The notes under the pieces: generated by a model
What the model saw: only the letters and a program-made list of their open reading frames with translations
What the model was told of the DNA's origin: nothing
Database searches by the model: none
Translations under genes and position numbers: made by a program
Part shown: piece by piece, positions 26,262 through 35,215 of the stretch
Layout of the letters: the number at the start of each line of letters is the position of its first letter
How positions within the stretch are numbered: position 1 is the stretch's first letter
NCBI GenBank assembly: GCA_019244185.1
Contig: JAFATB010000014.1
Coordinates: forward strand, 192,001-256,000
DNA length: 64,000 bases
Reading direction: 5' to 3'
Source of the DNA: Acidobacteriota bacterium
GTDB lineage: Bacteria; Acidobacteriota; Thermoanaerobaculia; Gp7-AA8

Positions 26262-27617
26262 TCAGGGAGTCTTGTCGAGCGACTGCGTGAGGTAGTTGTC
26301 GAGCAGCGACGCGAGCCCGACGTTGATCTGGAAACCTTTCTTCACGTTGGCCTCGTCGTGATTGGCCCAGCTGAGCGCGACCGGCAGCGAGACCGAGCTC
26401 GTGATGTAGAGGTTCGCGTTCACCTGCAGCACGCCGACGTTCTTGTTGTTGCTGTCCGCGTTGCGCCACCACTTCGCGGCGAGCGTGGCGTCGAAGCGGC
26501 CGTCGTTGAAGCGGCCGATCGTCGCGCCGCCTTCGACCGAGATCGCGCGCACCTGGTGCAGGTTCTTGTGCTGGTAGTGCTGGTTGAAGTCGCCTTCCGC
26601 GTTGAGGTTCACGGTGAGCTTCGGCGCGGAGTTGTACGCGTAGAGGATCTTCACCGACGTGTAGTCGTCGATGGTCGTGTCGCGATGCGCGCTGCCGGCG
26701 AGCGAGAGCTGCTGCTTGTTGTTGAGCGCGAGATACGCGTTCGTGAGAGTGCTCATCTGCAGCGTCGCCGCGTTGGCGGTGCTCTGCGCGAGCGCGACGG
26801 CCGCGGCGCAGACCTGCAGCTGCGTGTTCTGCTCGGCCGTGACGCTGAGCTGCGGACCGACGATCGTGTCGAGCTTCGCGCGCAGCGAGCCGGCGGTGAC
26901 GCTGCCGGCGCTCGTGACGAACTGCTGCAGCGCGACGAGTTGCTGCGTGTAATTCGGCATCGTCGTGACGGGCGCGCACGCGGTCGCCTTCGCCTGGTCG
27001 CGCTGCTGGATCGGCGCGATCAGCGGCTGGAACTGATCGATGAGCGCGATGTCGCGGGGGCTACGGTTGCCGAGGACCGTCCACTTCACCTCGCCCGAGT
27101 CGACGCTGCTGAAGTCTCCCTGGTCGACCGACGTGCCGCTCGTGAACGACGCGGAGAGCGCGATGTGGCGGAGCGCGGCGTAGTCGCGCCAGTTCTGCGG
27201 CGAGTCGCGCACGCCGACGAAGCCGCCGAGGAGGTAGGGCGTGGTGCTGAGCGTGAGCGCGGTGCCGTTCGACTGCGAGTTGACGGCGCCGCGCTCGACG
27301 GCGAGCGAGAGCAGATCGGCGAAGCCCGTTTTCTCGGACGCGCTCGTCGCGCCGGGCGTGTTCGGCGACGCGCCGACCTGCACGTCCGTGCGCGTGTTGT
27401 TCGCGGCCGTCACGTAGTCCGCTTTCGTCGACGCCACGGCCTGCGTGCCGCCGGCGCGCGAGGCGAGGTAGAGATCGAGCACGTCCGCTACGGGCGGCGC
27501 GGTTGGATTCTTCGCCACGAGATCGTTGAACGCGGCGTCGGTGGAGAGCGGCGCCGTCTGCGCGAACGCGCCGGCGCAGGCGAGGAGCAGCAGGAGCGCG
27601 ATCGTCGCGTGCTTCAC
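26262..27617 (-). CDS. Secreted hypothetical protein with beta-strand-rich C-terminus
   Basis: Signal peptide MKHATIALLLLLACAGAFA-Q; GTG overlaps the upstream stop. Confidence 0.7.
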   Translation of the reverse strand: MKHATIALLLLLACAGAFAQTAPLSTDAAFNDLVAKNPTAPPVADVLDLYLASRAGGTQAVASTKADYVTAANNTRTDVQVGASPNTPGATSASEKTGFADLLSLAVERGAVNSQSNGTALTLSTTPYLLGGFVGVRDSPQNWRDYAALRHIALSASFTSGTSVDQGDFSSVDSGEVKWTVLGNRSPRDIALIDQFQPLIAPIQQRDQAKATACAPVTTMPNYTQQLVALQQFVTSAGSVTAGSLRAKLDTIVGPQLSVTAEQNTQLQVCAAAVALAQSTANAATLQMSTLTNAYLALNNKQQLSLAGSAHRDTTIDDYTSVKILYAYNSAPKLTVNLNAEGDFNQHYQHKNLHQVRAISVEGGATIGRFNDGRFDATLAAKWWRNADSNNKNVGVLQVNANLYITSSVSLPVALSWANHDEANVKKGFQINVGLASLLDNYLTQSLDKTP

Positions 27618-27985
27618 TGCGCCGGCTCCTGGATGATGACCACGACTTGCGTGAGCGCCTGATATGGCAGCACGGGCGTGGTGAGGATCGGGATGAGCGT
27701 CGTGTCGAGCACCGCGCCCTGATCGTCGACGGTGATGATCTGGTACTGCGCCTGCGGCGTCGCGCCGATGGTGAAGAACGTGCGGATGTCGATGGTGTGC
27801 ATCGCGCCGGGGCCGTTCAGCATCTCCGGTGTCACGCGCACGTTGCTGCCCGATTCCGGGAACGACAGCGCGGTGGAGTTCACGCCGGCGACGACGAGAA
27901 AGCCGGTGCCGACGGCGGAGACGGTGATGCTCAAGCCCTCGCTGGGGGTCAGTTGATAGATGCGCTCTGCGAGCTTGGTGGCCAT
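27614..27985 (-). CDS. Hypothetical beta-rich protein (123 aa)
   Basis: GAGGAG RBS; coupled to the downstream gene. Confidence 0.65.
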   Translation of the reverse strand: MATKLAERIYQLTPSEGLSITVSAVGTGFLVVAGVNSTALSFPESGSNVRVTPEMLNGPGAMHTIDIRTFFTIGATPQAQYQIITVDDQGAVLDTTLIPILTTPVLPYQALTQVVVIIQEPAQ

Positions 27986-28021
27986 GGACGACTCCTCTCT
28001 CTCTTTCTCGTTCGACGCGCG

Positions 28022-28720
28022 TCAGGAGTCCGCGACCGGTTCCATCGATTCGATGGATATCCCTTCGTTTGCCACGAACTCCGCCAGCGCCTGTTCGGCG
28101 ACCGCGCGTTCTTCTTCTTCCCTGACGCTCACCTCGGCGATCTGCAGCGGCGAGCGCGTGCGGCCGGCGGCGAGCTCGCGTTGTTCCGCGACCATGCGGT
28201 GCACGCGGTCGAGCGTGTCGCCCGCGCCGCCGATCGACGTGATCGTCCCCGAGGCCAGCGTCGCGAGCTCGGCGGTCGCGCGTTGGACGCGCGCGTCGTC
28301 GAGGCCGCTCTTCAACTGCTCCAGCTTCAGCTGCGCGGCGTGTACGGAAACGTCGCGCGCTTTGATCAATTCTTTGTACGTCGTCTCGGCGTGCGTCAGC
28401 TGCGTGCGGTTTTCGGCGAGCTCGCGCCGCGTCGTCTGCAGGCGCAGCGCGTAGCTCGCGGCGGCGTTGCGATTCGCGGCGCGGAGATTCGCGGCCGCTC
28501 GCGCGCGCAGCTCGCGTTCTTCCTGTTCGAGCCTGCGGATCTGCGTCATGAGCCGCTCGCAGAGACCGGCGTGCGCGGCGAGGCCCTCGTTGTAGTTCGC
28601 GATCTGCCGGCGGAGGTTGTCCTTCTCGACGTCGAGCAGCGCCTCCGGATTGCGGCGTTCGATCCCGGACGCGACGCGGCCGAGGAATCCGCGGAGGAGA
28701 TTCGCGAGCCGTCCGACCAT
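28022..28720 (-). CDS. PspA/IM30 family protein
   Basis: Amphipathic N-terminal helix, NPEALL motif, long coiled coil. Confidence 0.8.
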   Translation of the reverse strand: MVGRLANLLRGFLGRVASGIERRNPEALLDVEKDNLRRQIANYNEGLAAHAGLCERLMTQIRRLEQEERELRARAAANLRAANRNAAASYALRLQTTRRELAENRTQLTHAETTYKELIKARDVSVHAAQLKLEQLKSGLDDARVQRATAELATLASGTITSIGGAGDTLDRVHRMVAEQRELAAGRTRSPLQIAEVSVREEEERAVAEQALAEFVANEGISIESMEPVADS

Positions 28721-28753
28721 GCGGCGAAGTGTAGCCGAGGAGCGCGCGGCGCC

Positions 28754-28770
28754 GTGGCACTGTTCCTGCC
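28754..28770 (+). promoter_or_regulatory. sigma54-type promoter
   Basis: GTGGCACTGTTCCTGCC (GG-N10-GC), 16 nt before ATG 28786. Confidence 0.55.
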
Positions 28771-28785
28771 TCACAGCCACGCGGA

Positions 28786-29151
28786 ATGGGCAGCTCGGTG
28801 CTGATCGTCGACGACGATCCGACGGTCGCGGAGTCGTTGCGCGAGGTGATGAATGGGTACGACATCTCGCTCGAGATCGCGACGAACGCGGAGTCGGCGG
28901 CGAGCCTGCTCGACACGCGGGGCTACTGCGGCGTGGTGCTCGATCTCGTGCTGAGCGGCGGCAACGGCTTCGACGTGCTGCGCCACATGCGCGCGCGCGG
29001 CGTGATCATCCCGACCATCGTCATCACGGAGAAGCTGCCGTCGTACGTGCGCGAGATGCTCGACGAGGATCAGGTGAAGCTCGTCTTCCCGAAGCCGGTC
29101 GAGCCGCGGCTCCTCGCCGCGGTAGTGCGCGGCCTGTGCGGGATCGCGTGA
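28786..29151 (+). CDS. Single-domain response regulator
   Basis: VLIVDDD, VLDL, FPKP. Confidence 0.88.
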   Translation: MGSSVLIVDDDPTVAESLREVMNGYDISLEIATNAESAASLLDTRGYCGVVLDLVLSGGNGFDVLRHMRARGVIIPTIVITEKLPSYVREMLDEDQVKLVFPKPVEPRLLAAVVRGLCGIA

Positions 29152-29157
29152 CGCGCG

Positions 29158-29712
29158 TCAGCGCGTGAGCGCCGCGAGCGCGGGAAAGAGGATCTCCGCG
29201 TTCTCGATCGCGAACGACTTCTTGAGGATCGCGTGCACCGCGCGGTGGTTCGCGACCTCGCGCACGTCACCCGAGCCAGCCGCGGAGATGACGATCACTT
29301 GCGCGGGCGGACCCGGCTTGCGCGAGACGCGCGCGAGCACTTCGGCGCCGCTCAGCTTCGGCAGCCGCAGATCGAGCAGCAGCATGCGGTAGTCGCGCAT
29401 CGCCGCTGCGTCGAGCGCCGCGTAGCCGTCCGCTGCCTCGTCGACCGTGCAGCCCTGCTTCCGCAGTTCCGCGACGAAGAGCTTGCGGATCGGCGTGTCG
29501 TCTTCGACGACGAGGAAGTCGCGCGTGCGCGAGCCGCGGATGCGCACCTCGATGTCTTCGAGCGCTGCGGTGATGTCGCGATGCGGCGGCAGCGGCAGGC
29601 GGCCGTCTTCCATCTGTTCGAGCTCGCGCGTGGAGACGCCGAGCTCGCCGGCGAGTGCCGCGAGAGAAAGGCCGATCGCGAGACGTCGCGAGCGCAGTTC
29701 TTTCGGAGTCAT
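29158..29712 (-). CDS. XRE-HTH + receiver domain protein
   Basis: N-terminal LSLAALAGELGVSTRELEQMEDG; C-terminal LVVEDD..LLDLRLP..VISA..KK. Confidence 0.8.
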   Translation of the reverse strand: MTPKELRSRRLAIGLSLAALAGELGVSTRELEQMEDGRLPLPPHRDITAALEDIEVRIRGSRTRDFLVVEDDTPIRKLFVAELRKQGCTVDEAADGYAALDAAAMRDYRMLLLDLRLPKLSGAEVLARVSRKPGPPAQVIVISAAGSGDVREVANHRAVHAILKKSFAIENAEILFPALAALTR

Positions 29713-29771
29713 GGACGAGACCGTTGCCCCGTATCGTACACCTCCTGCGCGAGGACGCAGGTCGGATGTTC

Positions 29772-29800
29772 TTGACAGGAGCGGGGGAGGCTCCTAGACT
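29772..29800 (+). promoter_or_regulatory. sigma70 promoter of the TonB receptor/acyl-CoA operon
   Basis: TTGACA-N17-TAGACT. Confidence 0.8.
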
Positions 29801-29819
29801 GCGCGGCAATCGCAACAAA

Positions 29820-29831
29820 CCGACCGGTCGG
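29820..29831 (+). promoter_or_regulatory. Putative TetR-family operator
   Basis: Perfect palindrome CCGACCGGTCGG between promoter and RBS; the operon ends in a TetR gene. Confidence 0.6.
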
Positions 29832-29854
29832 CCGGTAAAACCGGAGGGAGACAA

Positions 29855-32689
29855 ATGAACCCCACCATGCATCGTTGGATCGCGCTGTGCCTGCTGCTCC
29901 TCGCGGCCGCCGCGCCCGCCGCCTTCGCACAGATCGACAAAGGCTCGATCGAGGCGGTCGCGCTCGACCAGACCAAAGCTCCTCTCCCCGGCGTGACGGT
30001 CACGGTCACGCGGCCGGAGACCGGCTTCGAGACCGTTGCCGTCACCGACTCCTCGGGCACGGCGCGCTTTCCCTCCCTCACGCCCGGCACCTACCAGGTG
30101 AAGTTCAACCTGGAAGGCTTCGCGCCCGTGGCCGCGCAGACGATCACGCTGCGCGTCGGTCAGGAAGCGAAGATCGGCGCGGCGATGCAGGCGTCGGCGA
30201 GCGAGACGATCACCGTGAGCGCGGAGGCGCCGGTCGTCGACGTGCACAAGACCGACTCGTCGACGAACATCGTGCCGGAGCAGATCGAGTCGCTGCCGGT
30301 GCAGAACCGCGACTTCCAGAACCTCGCCTTCCTCGCGCCGGGCGTGCAGCGCGAGCGCGGCGGCTTCCGCTTCATCACCGGCGGTCCGGTGATCGGCGCG
30401 GGCGGCAACGCGTCGCAGTCGACGATCTTCGTCGACGGCGTCGATCTCACCGATCAGGTGAACGGCCTCGCCCGCGCGCGCTTCAGCCAGGACGCGGTGC
30501 GCGAGTTCCGCGTGATCACGAACCGCTTCGACAGCGAGATCGGCGGCTCGTCGGGCGGCGCGCTGTCGATCGTGACGAAGTCGGGCACGAACGACATGCA
30601 CGGCAGCGCGTTCGGCTTCTTCCGCGACGCGTCGCTGCGCGCGAAGGGCGCACGCGACCTCAAGAAGAACGACGATTACTCGCGCCATCAGTTCGGCGCG
30701 ACGCTCGGCGGACCGATCGTGCGCGACAAGGCGTTCTACTTCGCCTCGCTCGAGCAGATCAGCGAAGACAACGCGACGCTCTTCCGTCCGGGCGGTGCGT
30801 TCGCGTCGCAGGCGGCCGACATCGGGCTGCCGCTCGACCAGACGCTGCTCTTCGGCAGCGGCGACGTCAACATCAATTCGCAGATGGACGCCGGCGTGCG
30901 CCTCGTCTACGAGAAGTTCTCGCAGGACAACTTCCGCGTCGGCTCGACGTTCGGCGATCCGACCACCGACGAGTCGTACGGACAGACGCTCGACCGCAAG
31001 AACTGGAACGCGACGTTCGAGCACAACTGGTCGCTCTCGTCCGCGTCGTCGAATGAGGCGCGCCTGCAGTACGGCAAGCGCCGCTTCGCAGAGCCGACGA
31101 ATTCCGACGCGGTCGCGGAGTGGTATTCGAGCGGCAACACGCTCAAGACCGGCGGCAACATCCTCGGCGATCTCCTCGGCGACGGCTCGACGTGGGAGCT
31201 GCGCGACACCTTCCATCACCACTTCGCCGCCGGCCGCGGCTCGCACGACTTCAAGGCCGGCGCGTCGCTGCAGCACGTGAAGGAACGCTTCCGCCTCGAC
31301 ACCTACGAGCACGGCCTCTTCATCTATCTCACCGACAACCGCACGCTGCCGCTCGCGTACGCGTACGGCGTCGGCTCGTCCGACGTCACGACCGACACCG
31401 ACATCTACGGCGCATTCCTCGAAGACTCGTGGCGCCCGAACGAGAAGCTCGTCATCAACGGCGGCCTGCGCTACGACCTCGACACGAACGGCAACAACGA
31501 GGGCTTCACGCATCCGCTGATTACGACGCCGCGCAAGCGCGACACGAACAACTACCAGCCGCGTGCGTCGTTCAGCTACGACTTCTTCGGCAACGGCACG
31601 AACGTACTGCGCGGCGGCGCCGGCAAGTTCACCGGCCGCTATCTCCTCGTGCCGGCGCTCACGGAACGGCAGGCGAACGGCGTCACCGGCCGCGTGACGT
31701 TCACGCGCGTCAACGGCGCGCTCCTCGGCTTCCCCGCGCTCGCGCTCGATCCGAACAACCCGACCACGACCGGCATCGTCTCGAAGCCTGCCATCACGCT
31801 GCTCTCGCCCGACTATCACCAGCCGGAGTCGACGCAGGCCACGCTCGGCTACACGATGAAGCTCGGCGCCTCGCGCCTCTTCCTCGACGCCGAAGGTATC
31901 TACGTGAAGGGCGACGACGAGATCGTCATCCGCGACATCAACTGGAGCGGCAACGCCACGCGCCTCCGCCCGCTGACGCAGTACGACCAGGTCAACGAGT
32001 ACACGAACGACGGCCACTCGAAGTATCAGGCGCTCGTGCTCTCGCTCAACGGCAACATCCGCCAGAACGATCTCCTCACGGCATCCGTGACGTTCGGGAA
32101 CAAGAAGAACGTCAGCGACGACTTCAGCCCCGACTTCCCGACCGGCTATCCGAACGATCCGGCAAACATCGAGGCCGAATACGGCCGCGCGCGCGGCGAC
32201 GAGCGCTATCGCGTCGTGCTGTCGGGCGTGTTCCATCTGCCGCTCGGCTTCCTCGCCGCGCCGATCTTCGAATACGGTTCGGGCCAGCCGTGGACGCACC
32301 GCCTCGGCTACGACTACAACGCCGACGGCAAGAACTCCGACCGCGAGATCGATCCGCTGCATCCGGAGCTCGGCTCGTACGAGCGCAACGCCGAAGACGG
32401 CCCGAGCTTCAAACAGCTCTCGCTGCGCTTGACGAAGGCGTTCGCCGTCGCGGGCAGCCAGCTCGAGCTCATCGCCGAGGCGTTCAACCTGACGAATGAG
32501 ACGAACTTTGATGTGCAGTCGGTGTCGGGCGGCCAGTATCTCAGCGGTCCGACGGCGGCGCAGGTCGCGGCGCACAACGCGAATCCCGCGGTGGCGCTGC
32601 CGGCGCTGGTCCCGAATCCGACCTTCGGCCGTTACAACTCCACGCTGCCCGCGCGCGAGTTCCAGCTCGGCGTGCGCTTCGTGTTCTAA
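29855..32689 (+). CDS. TonB-dependent receptor (Oar-like, N-terminal carboxypeptidase-regulatory-like domain)
   Basis: Signal peptide, LPGVTVT, LPVQNRDF, TKSGTN, QFGATLGGPI, GLRYD, C-terminal QLGVRFVF. Confidence 0.92.
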   Translation: MNPTMHRWIALCLLLLAAAAPAAFAQIDKGSIEAVALDQTKAPLPGVTVTVTRPETGFETVAVTDSSGTARFPSLTPGTYQVKFNLEGFAPVAAQTITLRVGQEAKIGAAMQASASETITVSAEAPVVDVHKTDSSTNIVPEQIESLPVQNRDFQNLAFLAPGVQRERGGFRFITGGPVIGAGGNASQSTIFVDGVDLTDQVNGLARARFSQDAVREFRVITNRFDSEIGGSSGGALSIVTKSGTNDMHGSAFGFFRDASLRAKGARDLKKNDDYSRHQFGATLGGPIVRDKAFYFASLEQISEDNATLFRPGGAFASQAADIGLPLDQTLLFGSGDVNINSQMDAGVRLVYEKFSQDNFRVGSTFGDPTTDESYGQTLDRKNWNATFEHNWSLSSASSNEARLQYGKRRFAEPTNSDAVAEWYSSGNTLKTGGNILGDLLGDGSTWELRDTFHHHFAAGRGSHDFKAGASLQHVKERFRLDTYEHGLFIYLTDNRTLPLAYAYGVGSSDVTTDTDIYGAFLEDSWRPNEKLVINGGLRYDLDTNGNNEGFTHPLITTPRKRDTNNYQPRASFSYDFFGNGTNVLRGGAGKFTGRYLLVPALTERQANGVTGRVTFTRVNGALLGFPALALDPNNPTTTGIVSKPAITLLSPDYHQPESTQATLGYTMKLGASRLFLDAEGIYVKGDDEIVIRDINWSGNATRLRPLTQYDQVNEYTNDGHSKYQALVLSLNGNIRQNDLLTASVTFGNKKNVSDDFSPDFPTGYPNDPANIEAEYGRARGDERYRVVLSGVFHLPLGFLAAPIFEYGSGQPWTHRLGYDYNADGKNSDREIDPLHPELGSYERNAEDGPSFKQLSLRLTKAFAVAGSQLELIAEAFNLTNETNFDVQSVSGGQYLSGPTAAQVAAHNANPAVALPALVPNPTFGRYNSTLPAREFQLGVRFVF

Positions 32690-32695
32690 GAACGA

Positions 32696-33421
32696 ATGGA
32701 CCTCAACCTCCAGGACAAAGTCATCATCGTCACCGGTGGCGCGGCCGGAATCGGCCGCGCCACCGTGGCCGCGTTCGAGCGTGAGGGCGCGCGCGTGGTG
32801 TCGTGGGACGTCACGAGCGAGCCGCGCATCGACGTCACCAGTCGCGAGTCGGTGGAAGCGGCGACGAACGCGGTGCTGCAGCAACAAGGCCGCATCGACG
32901 TGCTCGTCAACAACGCCGGCATCGTCCGCGACTCGCAGCTCATCAAGTGGAAGGACGGCGAAGTCGTGGCCACGATGGACGATGCCACGTTCGACGCCGT
33001 GATCAACGTCAACCTGCGCGGCGTCTTCGTCTGCACGCGCGCCGTCGTGCCGCACATGATCGCGCGCGGCGGCGGCGTGGTGCTCAACGCGTCGTCGATC
33101 GTCGGCCTCTACGGAAACTTCGGCCAGACCAACTATGCCGCCACGAAGGCGGGCGTGATCAGCTTCACGCAGACGTGGGCGCGCGAGCTGGGGCGCTACA
33201 ACATCCGCGTCAACGCCGTCGCGCCGGGATTCATCAGCACCGAGATGGTCAAGGCGATGCCGGAGAAGGTGCTCGGCGTGATGGCGGCCAGGACGCCGCT
33301 CGGCAAGCTCGGCGAGCCCGACGACATCGCCAACGCCTACGTCTGGCTCGCGTCGGACGCCGCGAAGTTCGTGCACGGCACCGTGCTCTCCGTCGACGGC
33401 GGTCTGGTGATGGGAACCTGA
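32696..33421 (+). CDS. fabG: 3-oxoacyl-ACP/CoA reductase (SDR)
   Basis: TGGAAGIG, NNAGI, GNFGQTNYAATK, VAPGFI. Confidence 0.88.
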   Translation: MDLNLQDKVIIVTGGAAGIGRATVAAFEREGARVVSWDVTSEPRIDVTSRESVEAATNAVLQQQGRIDVLVNNAGIVRDSQLIKWKDGEVVATMDDATFDAVINVNLRGVFVCTRAVVPHMIARGGGVVLNASSIVGLYGNFGQTNYAATKAGVISFTQTWARELGRYNIRVNAVAPGFISTEMVKAMPEKVLGVMAARTPLGKLGEPDDIANAYVWLASDAAKFVHGTVLSVDGGLVMGT

Positions 33422-34440
33422 TGGCCTACGCAAACATCGTTTCGACCGGCGCGTACGTGCCGGAGATCGAGATGACGAACGCGCGGCTGCGCGAGCGATT
33501 CGCCGCGACGGCGCCGGAGTTCGTCGACAAGATGGAAGCGGCCAGCGGCATCCGCACGCGCTGGTACGCGCCCGACGAATGGTCGGCGTCGGACCTCGCG
33601 CTGCGCGCGACGCAGGAAGCGCTCGCGCGCGCGAACAAGTCGCCCGAAGACCTCGACCTCATCATTCTCGGGACGGACTCGCCCGACTACATCACGCCGG
33701 CGACGTCGGTCGTGCTGCAGGGAAAGCTCGGCGCGAAGAACGCCGGCACGTTCGACGTCGGCTGCGCGTGCGCGTCGTTTCCGACCGCGCTCGCGAACGC
33801 GGCCGGCCTCATGGCCACGAACCGCGCGCTGAAGAACGTGCTCGTCGTCTCCGTCTATCAGATGCACAAGCTCGCGAACGCGAGCGATCCGATGATCTTC
33901 TTCTACGGCGACGGGGCGGGCGCGGCGGTGCTCGAGCGCGGCGACGCGCCCGGCTTCGTCGCCGCGGCGTTCGCCGCAGACGGCACGTACGCGAATCGCT
34001 GGCTCATTCAGGCCGGCGGCACGGTCGAGCCGGCGAGCGAGGCGGCCGCGCGCGAAGGACGCACGCTCGTGCGCATGCTCGAACGCTATCCGCCCGAGAT
34101 CAACAACGACGGCTGGCCGAAGCTCGTGCGCCGCGTCGCGGAGAACGGCGGCTTCGCCGTCGGCGACATCGACTTCGTCATCTTCACGCAGGTCCGCAAG
34201 CCGACCATCGAGCTCGTGATGGCGAACCTCGAATTGCCGATGAGCAAGACGCACACGGTGATGGAGAAGTGGGGCTACACCGGCTCCGCTTGCATTCCGA
34301 TGGCGCTCGACGACGCGCTGCGCGAGAAGAAGATCAAGCCGGGCGATCTCGTCGTGCTGGTCGGCTCCGGCGTCGGCTACAACCAGGCCGCGGTGGCGTT
34401 GCGCATGCCCGCGGCGGAGAGCCGGCTCTTTGGAAATTAA
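33421..34440 (+). CDS. KAS III (FabH)-like protein with non-canonical active site
   Basis: SGIRTR, FDVGCACASF, GDGAGA; FTQV and GYTGSA replace HQAN and GNTSAA. Confidence 0.85.
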   Translation: MAYANIVSTGAYVPEIEMTNARLRERFAATAPEFVDKMEAASGIRTRWYAPDEWSASDLALRATQEALARANKSPEDLDLIILGTDSPDYITPATSVVLQGKLGAKNAGTFDVGCACASFPTALANAAGLMATNRALKNVLVVSVYQMHKLANASDPMIFFYGDGAGAAVLERGDAPGFVAAAFAADGTYANRWLIQAGGTVEPASEAAAREGRTLVRMLERYPPEINNDGWPKLVRRVAENGGFAVGDIDFVIFTQVRKPTIELVMANLELPMSKTHTVMEKWGYTGSACIPMALDDALREKKIKPGDLVVLVGSGVGYNQAAVALRMPAAESRLFGN

Positions 34441-35215
34441 ATCGTCCGCCGACTTCGTGCGCATGACGCGCACGCTCCTCGCCACGAGCGGTTTCACGCG
34501 GCACGAGCGCGACGGCTTCGTCTGGTGGACGGGCGGCGCGGAAGACGCGCCGCCGCTCGTGCTCGTTCACGGCGTCAACGATCAGGCGGGGACGTGGTTC
34601 CCGATCGCGGGCACGCTGGCGAAGCGATTCCGCGTGATCGTGCCCGATCTTCCGGGACACGGCGAAAGCGGACCGAAAGAAGGACCGCTGCCGCTCTCGC
34701 TGATGATCGATCGCCTCCACGAGATCATCCCCGAGCACGCCACGCTCCTCGGCAACTCGATGGGCGGGTGGCTGGCGATGTTCTACGCGATCGTGCATCC
34801 GGAGCGCGTCGATCGGCTCGTGCTCGAATCGCCGGGCGGTCTCTCGCGTCCGCTGAGCGCGCCGCTCTTCACGCACGATCGCGACGAGGCGCTCGCGATC
34901 CTGCGCGCCGTGCACGGACCGTCGTACGTCGCGCAGCCGTGGGTCGTCGACGCGCTGCTCGAACGCGCGAAAGACGCGCCGATGCTGCGCCTCACGGAGC
35001 TCACCGAGCATCTGCTCGACGAGCGCCTGCACGAGATCCACGTGCCGACGTCGATCCTCTGGGGCGCCGACGACGGCGTCGTGCCGCGCGACTACACGGA
35101 AGCGGTGCACGCGGGGATCGCCGGCTCGACGCTGCACATCATCGAAGGCGCCGCGCACATCCCGCATCTGCAGCAACCGGAGCGAGTCCTCGCATGTTTG
35201 ACCTCGATCTTCTGA
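34430..35215 (+). CDS. Alpha/beta hydrolase
   Basis: LVHG, PDLPGHGES, GNSMGG nucleophile elbow, WGADD, AAHIPH. Confidence 0.88.
   Translation: MEIKSSADFVRMTRTLLATSGFTRHERDGFVWWTGGAEDAPPLVLVHGVNDQAGTWFPIAGTLAKRFRVIVPDLPGHGESGPKEGPLPLSLMIDRLHEIIPEHATLLGNSMGGWLAMFYAIVHPERVDRLVLESPGGLSRPLSAPLFTHDRDEALAILRAVHGPSYVAQPWVVDALLERAKDAPMLRLTELTEHLLDERLHEIHVPTSILWGADDGVVPRDYTEAVHAGIAGSTLHIIEGAAHIPHLQQPERVLACLTSIF

Noticed and set aside
29267-33433. 1388-aa minus-strand ORF
   Set aside because: Antisense shadow of the TonB receptor and fabG in high-GC DNA; Arg/Ala-rich with no motifs.
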